Below are positions 8,062 through 18,669 of a stretch of DNA of 64,000 nucleotides, one piece after another (the stretch's first letter is position 1; the number at the start of each line of letters is the position of its first letter). The notes beneath the pieces were generated by a model. It ran no database searches and was not told where the DNA came from. It saw only the letters and a list, made by a program, of their open reading frames with translations. Position numbers and translations under genes: made by a program. Location of the stretch: the IMG/VR virus record IMGVR_UViG_3300034050_000451, positions 186,001 to 250,000 of that record. The stretch is one strand, 5' to 3'.

Positions 8062-8403
8062 TTATTTTTTAACAAATGAACGTTCACAACTACCTGTTTT
8101 ACAAATAAACCAATTCCAATTTTCATTAGATACGAACCTATCCCAATTTGAACCTTTAACAAAATGACCTACACTTTTATCATAGGTACATACATCAATC
8201 TCTTTTAAACATCTACGGATTGATGAATAATATCCGCTACTCTTATATCCTAACATATCCTCAATAACATCCACCCACTTTGGTTTTGGATTATTATTAA
8301 TTACTTTGATAAGGGATGGATATACCCTAATTAAGAACTTTTTGTTCTCTGAATCATAGCCAACTTTTTTCTCAAATACTTCGTTAAATTTCTCTTTGTT
8401 CAT
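8062..8403 (-). CDS. hypothetical early protein (start revised to 8403)
   Basis: MNKEKF start directly after the conserved leader. Confidence 0.65.
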   Translation of the reverse strand: MNKEKFNEVFEKKVGYDSENKKFLIRVYPSLIKVINNNPKPKWVDVIEDMLGYKSSGYYSSIRRCLKEIDVCTYDKSVGHFVKGSNWDRFVSNENWNWFICKTGSCERSFVKK

Positions 8404-8413
8404 AATTTTTAAT

Positions 8414-8480
8414 TTTAGGGGTTTAATTATCATCTCTTATTACTATGTAAACCTACGAATAATTCCTGATATAAACAAGC
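8414..8480 (-). promoter_or_regulatory. early promoter plus conserved leader
   Basis: Near-identical to 7987-8050. Confidence 0.7.
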
Positions 8481-8533
8481 CTTTTGCCAATTATTTTTCA
8501 ACTTTTTTATAACGTGTTGATAATCAATGGCAC

Positions 8534-8564
8534 AAAAAATCCCCAACCTTACGGGGTTGGGGTT
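8534..8564 (-). terminator. intrinsic terminator downstream of groEL
   Basis: CCCCAACC-CCGTAA-GGTTGGGG followed by ATTTTTT. Confidence 0.85.
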
Positions 8565-8613
8565 CTTGTTAGGTCCAGTCACTTTAAATTACGACAGGAT
8601 TCCTATATAAGTA

Positions 8614-10221
<1,608 letters not shown>

Positions 10222-10518
10222 TTATAATTTCATTAATAAATCCGAATCTCTAACAAGGTTATAACTAACCCCACCTAACTTAATTTTCTCACCAGGAGTT
10301 CCATTTGATATTAATACTTTATCACCTTCATTTACTGATAATTTAATCCACTCACCACCTTGTGATGGGTATCCATCACTAACTGCAATTACAACTGCTT
10401 CCACAACTGTTTGAGTTGATTGATTTAAGATGATACCACCAGATGATTTTTTATCTGAAGTATCTTCTAATTTTAAGAGAACTCTATCTCCTAATGGTTT
10501 TCCTACATTTTCTGCCAT
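10222..10518 (-). CDS. groS: co-chaperonin GroES
   Basis: KPLGDRVLL, SSGGIIL mobile loop, VNEGDKVL; adjacent to groEL. Confidence 0.92.
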   Translation of the reverse strand: MAENVGKPLGDRVLLKLEDTSDKKSSGGIILNQSTQTVVEAVVIAVSDGYPSQGGEWIKLSVNEGDKVLISNGTPGEKIKLGGVSYNLVRDSDLLMKL

Positions 10519-10523
10519 AATCT

Positions 10524-10784
10524 TTATTTGTTTTTATAATCATTTATTAAATCTCTGAAGATAGCACATAATTCGTACTCTTCAACTTGTTCATTATATT
10601 TCATAAGAAGTTCCACCCAATCAATACCAAACCCCTTAACCAATTCGAATGGGTCTGTACCATTCCTATGGTAAGCTTTGATGAATGTTTGAGTTATTCG
10701 ATGTAAATCATTATCTTTAGGCATATTTCCAAATGCTTCAAAAAATTCATTTACCGAAAATCTTCCTCCCTCCAATGCTCTCAT
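10524..10784 (-). CDS. hypothetical protein with UVR-like EEYExCA motif
   Basis: EEYELCAIFRD. Confidence 0.6.
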   Translation of the reverse strand: MRALEGGRFSVNEFFEAFGNMPKDNDLHRITQTFIKAYHRNGTDPFELVKGFGIDWVELLMKYNEQVEEYELCAIFRDLINDYKNK

Positions 10785-10806
10785 ATGCGTTAATTTTATA
10801 TTTCTA

Positions 10807-10838
10807 CAAATATACGAAAAATATTTTAATCTACCAAA
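10807..10838 (-). promoter_or_regulatory. Bacteroidota-type promoter upstream of the groES/groEL unit
   Basis: TTTGG...TTCGTATATTTG. Confidence 0.7.
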
Positions 10839-11140
10839 CTATTTTTAAGTTTTAGTAATTCTGCACATCTTTCGTAATATTCATCACCCTCATATGCCTT
10901 TAACAATTTTTCAACTGTATCATACAACTCTTCTTTTGTAATCAATAGATTAGTTACAATATCCATACCATTTGAATCTTTGTCATCAAATGAGTAGATT
11001 CGCATGATTGAAAATGACATTTTGTCAGATTTTGCGAAATCAAATACATTCTCATACAATAATTGGTTGATTGTATCCCTATTTAATTCTACCCATTTTA
11101 ATATGGAATCGTTGTTAAGATATAGTTTTTTGGTTTTCAA
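10826..11140 (-). CDS. hypothetical protein with UVR-like EYYERCA motif
   Basis: EYYERCAELLKL. Confidence 0.6.
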   Translation of the reverse strand: MKTKKLYLNNDSILKWVELNRDTINQLLYENVFDFAKSDKMSFSIMRIYSFDDKDSNGMDIVTNLLITKEELYDTVEKLLKAYEGDEYYERCAELLKLKNSLVD

Positions 11141-11145
11141 TATTT

Positions 11146-11787
11146 TTATATTTCTGGAAATAGTACTTTTTGCATAAAGTAGGTAGCCCTCTCTTCTCCA
11201 ATTTCCGTTTTCAATGCACCAAATGTACGAGGATTATCAGCTTGGTGTCTACAATATATGTTTTGGTTTTCTATAATAATTCTCAACTCATTTGAATCGG
11301 ATGTAATATCTACTTCACTTCTTAATTGTTCAATATATCGTTGAAATACCCCCCAAGCAGTTTCAAATATTTTCTCATATTCATCTTCAGTAGGTCTTAC
11401 TGCTATGAATTGTTCCGAAAATACCGATGCCCAATAAGGTAACTTTCTATCGGTGTTCCATTCAGTATTATGCCAATCTTCATCATAAAGGACTGGGGAA
11501 CAATCTATAAATGCTCCACTTATCTTTCCACTATTAGTACCACCAACTACATCAAATCCAAAGATTGGTGCTTTTGAGTTCTTATGTGGGAAACAAGTGA
11601 TGTGACAAACTGCAAGTGAACCTACAAAGTATCTCTCTACGTGAGCTAATCTGAAAATTGGTGATTCGTATCGGTAGTTCTCCCAACCATAATCATCAGT
11701 ATGGAGTTCTTTAACCCCATCGATTGATTCGATGAGGTTTTTAAACTTCTCACTATGATATGTTATACGTTCTACTAAATCGTACAT
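11146..11787 (-). CDS. ferredoxin-dependent bilin reductase (PcyA/PcyX-like)
   Basis: FRLAHVE, CHITCFP, PIFGFDVV, DCSP, LPYWASVFS and QNIYCRHQADNPRT...VLFP motifs. Confidence 0.88.
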   Translation of the reverse strand: MYDLVERITYHSEKFKNLIESIDGVKELHTDDYGWENYRYESPIFRLAHVERYFVGSLAVCHITCFPHKNSKAPIFGFDVVGGTNSGKISGAFIDCSPVLYDEDWHNTEWNTDRKLPYWASVFSEQFIAVRPTEDEYEKIFETAWGVFQRYIEQLRSEVDITSDSNELRIIIENQNIYCRHQADNPRTFGALKTEIGEERATYFMQKVLFPEI

Positions 11788-12287
11788 TTTTCTAATTCTT
11801 TAAAGATTTCAATCATAAAATCAAATCCTGCATTTACCTCATCTGCCCATTCATCTTTTTGAATAGCTCTGATTGAACCAGCACATTCCATCATATTTTC
11901 AAAATCATACATTTTACCTTGACCGGGTGTTTTCTCTTTCATCATCTGTCCACCAAACATAATTGCTAAGTAGTTAAGATAGATATGAGCATTTGCCTCA
12001 TCTTGTGTTAATCCTTTTAGATATTGAATATATGATTCGGTTGCTGAATCAGGTGAAACATCTGATACACCTAAGTATCCCAAATCCTCACTTACAGCTG
12101 ATACTCTCTTTAATCCCTCATTTGGAAATTCAAAGTTGTTTTCCAATGTTGAAAAGATTGCTAATTGTGATTTAAGATACTCACCATATTGAGATGCGGT
12201 TAATCTACCACTAAACATCAATCCGTTGAATGGCATTCTTTCAGCCAATTTGTGCTTTTCAGCAGTTGCTTCTTTTAAAGGTAACAT
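11775..12287 (-). CDS. heme oxygenase (HemO/Ho1-like)
   Basis: LKEATAEKH proximal His; AHIYLNYLAIMFGGQM distal helix. Confidence 0.9.
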   Translation of the reverse strand: MLPLKEATAEKHKLAERMPFNGLMFSGRLTASQYGEYLKSQLAIFSTLENNFEFPNEGLKRVSAVSEDLGYLGVSDVSPDSATESYIQYLKGLTQDEANAHIYLNYLAIMFGGQMMKEKTPGQGKMYDFENMMECAGSIRAIQKDEWADEVNAGFDFMIEIFKELEKCTI

Positions 12288-12288
12288 A

Positions 12289-12459
12289 TTATTTATCTTC
12301 AGTTAAAAATGTTAAAACTATATATGGTATTACTGCTGCCGGTCCTAAGACAACTAATAACGCTCTCCATAAAATTGGGTCTACTTTAGTGTGGTAACCC
12401 AAACCACCACAAATACCACTTAGGAATTTGTTCTTACTACTTCTATAAAATTTTCTCAT
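12289..12459 (-). CDS. pspC: PspC-domain membrane protein (56 aa, missing from ORF track)
   Basis: MRKFYRSSKNKFLSGICGGLGYHTKVDPILWRALLVV...YIVL. Confidence 0.85.
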   Translation of the reverse strand: MRKFYRSSKNKFLSGICGGLGYHTKVDPILWRALLVVLGPAAVIPYIVLTFLTEDK

Positions 12460-12469
12460 AATTTTGTTT

Positions 12470-12685
12470 TTATTTGTTATTTAATTTACCATCATCAAGT
12501 TGGGAATCTAAATTCCCAGCGTCTTGGTATGCATCGTATAATAATTCCAATGCTTTTTCAATTTTTGTTTGTATATCCGGATTAACTTCCGTAAGTGGAT
12601 GATTTAATATATGTTCATCAATTGTACAACATACTACATGAAGTCTATCCATTAATTCCAAATAGTGTCCATCGTTTATTTCCAT
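12470..12685 (-). CDS. hypothetical protein
   Basis: 71-aa ORF. Confidence 0.65.
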   Translation of the reverse strand: MEINDGHYLELMDRLHVVCCTIDEHILNHPLTEVNPDIQTKIEKALELLYDAYQDAGNLDSQLDDGKLNNK

Positions 12686-12918
12686 AAGTTTGTAATTTCA
12701 ATTATTATTTCTGTTTTGTTTTTATGTAATACATAACCACTCCATCTGTTATCCATTCTACATACCCTATTAAAGTTAAATACTTCAATTTCGTTACCAT
12801 CATACCAACCAGTAATTGAGTTTGGCTGATAATCTATTCCTAAGCTTTGTATTTTATCTTCTAAATATAATTTACGAACTTTGGATTCTAAATCATATAC
12901 CGATATATGAATTGTCAT
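12676..12918 (-). CDS. hypothetical protein
   Basis: 80-aa ORF. Confidence 0.6.
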   Translation of the reverse strand: MTIHISVYDLESKVRKLYLEDKIQSLGIDYQPNSITGWYDGNEIEVFNFNRVCRMDNRWSGYVLHKNKTEIIIEITNLWK

Positions 12919-12924
12919 TTTAAT

Positions 12925-13071
12925 TTATTTTTTAAAAATATCGGATAGTTTTTTACCTTCTTTTATAATTCTACCCGTTTGTTCATCCATCTCAGGTGCT
13001 TTCCACATATGGTAAGCGATAAATAAAAAATTAACTATCGTACAAATTCCAATAATTTTAAATATAATCAT
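12925..13071 (-). CDS. small membrane protein (48 aa, missing from ORF track)
   Basis: MIIFKIIGICTIVNFLFIAYHMWKAPEMDE... Confidence 0.6.
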   Translation of the reverse strand: MIIFKIIGICTIVNFLFIAYHMWKAPEMDEQTGRIIKEGKKLSDIFKK

Positions 13072-13098
13072 TATTTATGCTTTAATTGTTGGTTTTAA

Positions 13099-13659
13099 TT
13101 ATACTGCAGCGTATCTTAGTAAACATCCTATAAATCCATTTGGTCTATATTCTTCAGGATTATCTAATACTTTTTCTAAACGCTCTATTAAACTTTGTTT
13201 CAGCATCTCCTCATTGTTGTTAGTTGGAAAATCTTGTGCAAATTCAGGTGACCAAGTTAACGTGATACTTTGTGTAGGTTCGAATGTTTCTGGATTATAT
13301 ACAATAGGACCAAAAACACAACCATCTTTTACTGGTTTATATATTTCCATCGGGTCATACATTTTTGGAGTAAACATTATAGTGTAAACATACCCTACTT
13401 TACCCATATAAGGTGGTTCTTCAACATCTGACATTTTGTGAGTTTTCATAACAACTGCCTTTTCTCCATCTTCAGTCAAACCAGCTGGTAGGTCCATCCA
13501 TACTATCTTATCAAATCCTAAAGACTTGATTAATTCTGATTCTACTTGAATACGTTGTTCTTCAGTTAATTTAATAATAAATTCACTATCGAAGTATCCA
13601 TAAGTTTTATCTGCATCTCCGCAGATTGATAATAATTTTTCTGTTAAATTTGATTTCAT
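13099..13659 (-). CDS. hypothetical protein
   Basis: 186-aa ORF. Confidence 0.75.
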   Translation of the reverse strand: MKSNLTEKLLSICGDADKTYGYFDSEFIIKLTEEQRIQVESELIKSLGFDKIVWMDLPAGLTEDGEKAVVMKTHKMSDVEEPPYMGKVGYVYTIMFTPKMYDPMEIYKPVKDGCVFGPIVYNPETFEPTQSITLTWSPEFAQDFPTNNNEEMLKQSLIERLEKVLDNPEEYRPNGFIGCLLRYAAV

Positions 13660-13664
13660 AATTT

Positions 13665-14768
13665 TTAATTTGATAATGGTGCTTTGATTGCTGGATGTGA
13701 TTGATAATTTTCAATTTCAAATTGCGCAATACTTTGGTATTCTATATCTATTCCTGTTATAGGACAAGGATTGAATTTTAGCGTAGGTAACTCAAATGGT
13801 TTTCTACTAATTTGTTCTTTTGCTTGTTCAATGTGATTTAAATACAAATGTGTATCACCTAAATTTCCAATCAATTCATCAGGTATCATATTTACTTCTT
13901 TAGCAATGATTTCTAATAACAATCCATAAGATGCTATGTTGAATGGTAAACCTAAGAATGTATCTACTGAGCGTTGATTCCACATTAATGAGATTGCTCG
14001 AGTTGGAATACCCCAATCGTTCATTAATATCTCATTTGTATCAACATGAGCTGCAAACTTAGATTCTGGTCTTTGACCTAAACATACACCTATTCTCTCT
14101 TCATGGCTCAACTCTCTCGTATAAACTTGAAATCCATAATGACAAGGTGGAAGAACCATTTGGTCTAATTCACCTACATTCCAAGCATTAACCATTAATC
14201 GTCTTGAGTCTGGATTTGTTTTAAGGTCATTGATTAGGTTTTGTATTTGGTCTACACCACCTTTGTTAATCTCACCCGCTTCATGTGCCCACTTCCTCCA
14301 TTGCTTACCATAAATTGGTCCTAATTCACCGTATCTACTAGCAAACTCATCATCTAATTTAATTGTATATATAAATTCTTCTTGAGTCAAAAGTCTTATT
14401 TCATCCCCTACAACAAGTAGTAGTCTGTCATAAATCATATCATCTAAATCCCCAATGTCAGATTTTAACCACATCTTATCAACAGTATCAACGTAGTTTT
14501 TATAGGCATCACCATTCCAAATGTTACAACCATTATCAACCAAATACTTAATATTAGTATCACCCTTCAAAAACCATAGTAATTCAGTTACAATAGTTTT
14601 AAATGGCATCTTCTTAGTTGTTAGAAGTGGAAATCCATCTTTCATATTGTGTCTGATAGTATAACCAAATATTGACTTTGTGCCAGTACCAGTTCTATCT
14701 TTCTTATCAATACCATAATCTAAAATGGTTTGAAGTAAATCCTGATATTGTTTATCTATTTTATTCAT
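13665..14768 (-). CDS. thyA: thymidylate synthase
   Basis: DRTGTGT, LPPCH, QRSVDTFLGLPFN and GDTHLY motifs. Confidence 0.97.
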   Translation of the reverse strand: MNKIDKQYQDLLQTILDYGIDKKDRTGTGTKSIFGYTIRHNMKDGFPLLTTKKMPFKTIVTELLWFLKGDTNIKYLVDNGCNIWNGDAYKNYVDTVDKMWLKSDIGDLDDMIYDRLLLVVGDEIRLLTQEEFIYTIKLDDEFASRYGELGPIYGKQWRKWAHEAGEINKGGVDQIQNLINDLKTNPDSRRLMVNAWNVGELDQMVLPPCHYGFQVYTRELSHEERIGVCLGQRPESKFAAHVDTNEILMNDWGIPTRAISLMWNQRSVDTFLGLPFNIASYGLLLEIIAKEVNMIPDELIGNLGDTHLYLNHIEQAKEQISRKPFELPTLKFNPCPITGIDIEYQSIAQFEIENYQSHPAIKAPLSN

Positions 14769-14774
14769 ATCTTT

Positions 14775-15035
14775 CTATTCTTTTGTTGGTATTGTCCAAA
14801 TATGAATTGGAGTAAAATCACCTAAGTATGCTGATAGTACGTTAAACTCAACCCACTCAACAGCTTCCTCAAATGTCATATTTTCTTTATTCTCATCATA
14901 AACTAAGCATTCCATTTTATAGATATCATATATAACTCTACCACTATCGGAAATTCCAACAATAGCTTCATCCATATCATCCCATATATATGCGTCTGGG
15001 TTTACCTCATTAATTTTTTCTCTATTATAACTCAT
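14775..15035 (-). CDS. conserved phage protein
   Basis: DEAIVG...EEAVEWVEFNV..AY.G..TP motif. Confidence 0.75.
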   Translation of the reverse strand: MSYNREKINEVNPDAYIWDDMDEAIVGISDSGRVIYDIYKMECLVYDENKENMTFEEAVEWVEFNVLSAYLGDFTPIHIWTIPTKE

Positions 15036-15038
15036 AGT

Positions 15039-15320
15039 TTATTTTTTATTTGGTGTTTGTTTAGCTTTTTCTCTTTTACGTTTTTCATCCAACTTAGCGA
15101 ACGCATCATGTAACTCACCCAACTTACCTTTTTTCTCTAATGCTGCCTGCTTTTGTGCATCTTTATATGCTTTATCCCAACCAGCTGGATATTTAATCTC
15201 AACAGAAACAGGTCCATTTGTAGTTCTATCTAAATCATACTTCCAAATAGATATACAACCATCATCATCTTTATAGATACGTTCAAATTTACGAGGTTGG
15301 TTTGTTGCACTTATTGCCAT
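15039..15320 (-). CDS. hypothetical protein
   Basis: 93-aa ORF. Confidence 0.7.
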   Translation of the reverse strand: MAISATNQPRKFERIYKDDDGCISIWKYDLDRTTNGPVSVEIKYPAGWDKAYKDAQKQAALEKKGKLGELHDAFAKLDEKRKREKAKQTPNKK

Positions 15321-15330
15321 ATTCTAATTT

Positions 15331-15990
15331 TTAATCCCACCAGCCCCTCATATCCGAACCATCAAACCATTCGTTCCATGTATCAGTTTTTAACATTTCT
15401 TCAGCTGATTTTGTAGTTTTGAATTTTTTATATCCATTTATATCCTGTCCTTCGAAGATTTTCCAAAGTTCTTTCCACTCTTGCGCTTCTAACTTTCTAG
15501 CTCTATCAAAAACTTTACGATTGTGTTTCTTTTCTGATGGAGTTTCATTATCTACTAATACATAAAGTTTTTCATTATTTTCTCCAAATGGATTATCAGT
15601 AGTTTCACCAGTTTCTTCAAATTGCCAATCTCTCATATAAAGAACCCCCAATTCCCCTTCAGCCATATCGATGTATTTATCATCGTTAATGTTTTTAAGA
15701 ATTTGGATTGCTCTTTGCATTTTGGCAATCTTCTTATCACGTGATTCTCTAACCTCTATACCATCATGCATCTTTGCTTCCATTATTTCTAATGAAGTTT
15801 GTAATGCCTCTAATGTGAATCGGTAATCATACCATCTATGGTTCCATAACATTTTACGGAATCTATAAATGTTTTTAAAAAATACCGGTATCTTATAACG
15901 AACTACTTCGTAAGTTTTATACCACCAACTTTCATGTCTAATCAGAGTTTTTAAGCTATCTCCAAAACTATCTGCAAATCCTACTTTCAT
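15331..15990 (-). CDS. conserved hypothetical phage protein
   Basis: 219 aa; ends MRGWWD. Confidence 0.75.
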   Translation of the reverse strand: MKVGFADSFGDSLKTLIRHESWWYKTYEVVRYKIPVFFKNIYRFRKMLWNHRWYDYRFTLEALQTSLEIMEAKMHDGIEVRESRDKKIAKMQRAIQILKNINDDKYIDMAEGELGVLYMRDWQFEETGETTDNPFGENNEKLYVLVDNETPSEKKHNRKVFDRARKLEAQEWKELWKIFEGQDINGYKKFKTTKSAEEMLKTDTWNEWFDGSDMRGWWD

Positions 15991-15993
15991 AAT

Positions 15994-16248
15994 TTATTTT
16001 ATTAATTCAAATACGTGCCATACAAAGTATCCATCAATGTATGTTTCAATATATTTCATACCTTCATCAATATCCCAACCAGTACCCACAATGCAAATGT
16101 GTCTTTCTTCTACTTTCTCTTTAGGATTTACTACGGCCCAAAGACATGGAAATTCACCATGCAATTTAACTGTTAGGATTTCAGCACCTTTAGGTAATTT
16201 TAAAGTGCAGTCTTGTGAAGTTACCGGATATTTATAAATTGTTTTCAT
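15994..16248 (-). CDS. conserved phage protein
   Basis: MKTIYKY...LPKGAEIL...GTG...VWHVFE. Confidence 0.75.
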   Translation of the reverse strand: MKTIYKYPVTSQDCTLKLPKGAEILTVKLHGEFPCLWAVVNPKEKVEERHICIVGTGWDIDEGMKYIETYIDGYFVWHVFELIK

Positions 16249-16251
16249 ATT

Positions 16252-16662
16252 TTATACTGTATGTTCTATTTGTACTCTTACACAATTTTGTGGTAATCTA
16301 CTAACGTGTCTATAATTGTTAATGTATCCCATCATATTTGCTGAACCAATTGCGTTTGCTGAATGTATTACAACATCAACAACAGCATGTCCGTCCAACC
16401 ATTGATTAACCAACCATTTAGTGCAATCCATTCCAGTCTTTTCCTTAATATTATCATAGTTTAATTCATAATTGTGATATACATTCTTATGCCACTCTGC
16501 CATTGCAGTATCTCCTAAATCGTGGTCCAATGAAATCAAGTCAATATTTTCCAATCCAATGTAAGTAACTGTATCAATAAATTGTTCATAGTTTCTAACA
16601 ACTACCCAAGATTCTTTATCTACTGGAGTTCTTACATCATCTAAGTAAATTCTTTTTTTCAT
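16252..16662 (-). CDS. cyclic-phosphate-processing receiver-domain protein
   Basis: IYLDDVR, ISLDHDLG, TGMD and HSANAIG motifs. Confidence 0.8.
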   Translation of the reverse strand: MKKRIYLDDVRTPVDKESWVVVRNYEQFIDTVTYIGLENIDLISLDHDLGDTAMAEWHKNVYHNYELNYDNIKEKTGMDCTKWLVNQWLDGHAVVDVVIHSANAIGSANMMGYINNYRHVSRLPQNCVRVQIEHTV

Positions 16663-16673
16663 AATTTAATTTT

Positions 16674-16880
16674 TTATCTTACGATATTAAATGAGTTAAT
16701 CTTATTACAATTTGTACATACGATGGTATCAATTCTACCCCTTACACAACTATCATGCTCCCAAAGTTCAACTAATGTGGGTGTAGAACATCCACATTTA
16801 TCATCTTGAACTGAACTTTTACCATTCCAATGTTTAAGTTGTGGGTCAACAGACCACTCTTCTTTTAATTTACTTACCAT
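16674..16880 (-). CDS. small Cys-rich (zinc-ribbon-like) protein (start revised to 16880)
   Basis: CGC...CTNC. Confidence 0.55.
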   Translation of the reverse strand: MVSKLKEEWSVDPQLKHWNGKSSVQDDKCGCSTPTLVELWEHDSCVRGRIDTIVCTNCNKINSFNIVR

Positions 16881-16881
16881 A

Positions 16882-17226
16882 TTAATAACCAATAAAAAAT
16901 ACATCCAACTTAGGTGCAAATCCATCTGAAACAATATCATCATAGATATCATTCAACCAATAGTTTTGAGCCATATCCAAATCATTCATAGTTTCATTAT
17001 AGATATCCTCAAATGAATACCCATCACCGAATCCATGTGCACATACCGATTTTGATATTTCACGAAGTGATTTTTCATCACCATCTTTAAAGATTTCAAA
17101 TAGTGCTTTTTCAATGTTTTGTTTAACAATTTCAGCTACCTTATCATTATGGTCATACATTTCTTTTGACCAAGGTTTGGTGATTTCGATACCATACTTA
17201 AACTGATTTTGTTTCCTTGCTGCCAT
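16882..17226 (-). CDS. hypothetical protein
   Basis: 114-aa ORF behind the promoter at 17256-17287. Confidence 0.75.
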   Translation of the reverse strand: MAARKQNQFKYGIEITKPWSKEMYDHNDKVAEIVKQNIEKALFEIFKDGDEKSLREISKSVCAHGFGDGYSFEDIYNETMNDLDMAQNYWLNDIYDDIVSDGFAPKLDVFFIGY

Positions 17227-17268
17227 ATATTTTAGAGTTTTAAGTTATTAATAATCAAATATACGAAA

Positions 17269-17817
17269 TTAATTTGGAATATCCAAATATTTTAGTATGT
17301 TTTTTAAAGTATCATCGTTAACATCTACATAAATAAATGGAATATGGTGTTTAATTAGGGTATTTTCTATCTCCAAATCCAGCATTTTGGATTCATTCAA
17401 TGATTGGTACCTTTCCTTTTCATTATACCCACCCTCAGAACGTTTTAGAACGATATTAAGCGTATCATATTGATTATGAATGTCTAACACCATTTTATCA
17501 AATGAATCACCATACAGCGTTGCTGGGTACTCAGTACCTTTATATACTGATTTATATACCAATGATAATACAATTGGTGAATCCAATATAATATAGTCAA
17601 CCTTCCCATAACTCTTAACAATTCCCCTATGTTGGTTTGCAAGTACATACAATTGGTCTTTGATAGCAGAATGATTCTCATCCCATGCCAATACTTTTGG
17701 AAACTCATATGGATTATCACAACTTATGTGTTTCTTTTTTAACTTATATGTAAGACCATTGGCAATGGATGATTTCCCAATACCAGGTCCTCCAAATAGA
17801 TTTACTATTTTACTCAT
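17269..17817 (-). CDS. NadR-type / AAA_28 P-loop kinase
   Basis: GGPGIGKS Walker A and IILDSP. Confidence 0.8.
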   Translation of the reverse strand: MSKIVNLFGGPGIGKSSIANGLTYKLKKKHISCDNPYEFPKVLAWDENHSAIKDQLYVLANQHRGIVKSYGKVDYIILDSPIVLSLVYKSVYKGTEYPATLYGDSFDKMVLDIHNQYDTLNIVLKRSEGGYNEKERYQSLNESKMLDLEIENTLIKHHIPFIYVDVNDDTLKNILKYLDIPN

Positions 17818-18665
17818 AGGGATTGTATGTATGAATGTAATTTATCAGATGGACTCCAACCTAATCGATTTAAAGTATCATAGTTTTCTCTTAAAGTTGA
17901 ACGATAATTTCCAGCTTGGTCTGGGATATGTACTTTTTGGATTTCACCAAATCTTTCTACCATCATATCATAAATTTCATTTATAGAATAGTTAACACCA
18001 GTTCCCAATTCCCAAGCATCATCATGCTTTTCTGAACCCATACCAACTCTATACAATCCATCAACAATATCTTCAACGTGAGTGAAATCTCTGCGTTGGT
18101 CACCATCACCAACTATTGTAAATGGTAATCCATTTTGAAGTTGATATCTCCAAATTCCAATTACAGCTGCCCATTTACCATCTACTAATTCATTTGGACC
18201 ATAGACATTATAGAATCTACAAATTTCAAAATCACAACCATAAGCAGTTTTGTACATCTTTAAGATATCCTCACCAATCTTCTTATCAGTTGCGTATGGT
18301 GAAGTTTGAGGGTTACACCAACGAGATGATGAACCTGCGTAAACTACCTTTACATTATTTTCTTTAGCCCATTCAGCTACCATTTGTGTACCACCCGCAT
18401 TTACCCTAAATGTTTCCATTGGGTCATCAAATGATGGTTGGATTCTACTTAGTGCAGCAAGATGGTAACATAAATCAAAGTTATCACCTTTCCAATACAT
18501 CAAATGTTCTATATCACCATACACATAATTACATCCTTCAATTTCATACTCCTTCAATCCAGTTGAAAGGTCATCCAATGAAACTACATGATGTCCTTCG
18601 GATAGTAATCGTTTAATTAAGTTTGAACCGATGAAGCCGTTCCCGCCTGTTACTAATACTTTCAT
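17814..18665 (-). CDS. NAD-dependent nucleotide-sugar epimerase/dehydratase
   Basis: VTGGNGFIG, YATDK, RFYNVYGP and RDFTHV motifs. Confidence 0.92.
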   Translation of the reverse strand: MKVLVTGGNGFIGSNLIKRLLSEGHHVVSLDDLSTGLKEYEIEGCNYVYGDIEHLMYWKGDNFDLCYHLAALSRIQPSFDDPMETFRVNAGGTQMVAEWAKENNVKVVYAGSSSRWCNPQTSPYATDKKIGEDILKMYKTAYGCDFEICRFYNVYGPNELVDGKWAAVIGIWRYQLQNGLPFTIVGDGDQRRDFTHVEDIVDGLYRVGMGSEKHDDAWELGTGVNYSINEIYDMMVERFGEIQKVHIPDQAGNYRSTLRENYDTLNRLGWSPSDKLHSYIQSL

Positions 18666-18669
18666 AATT

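Noticed and set aside
11146-12287. Cyanophage assignment from the bilin genes
   Set aside because: Promoter consensus, GroEL type, the DUF4494-like gene and lack of SD point to Bacteroidota; no photosystem genes are seen.
13665-14768. Intron or intein in thyA
   Set aside because: The extra segments are short in-frame insertions without intein termini or stop codons.
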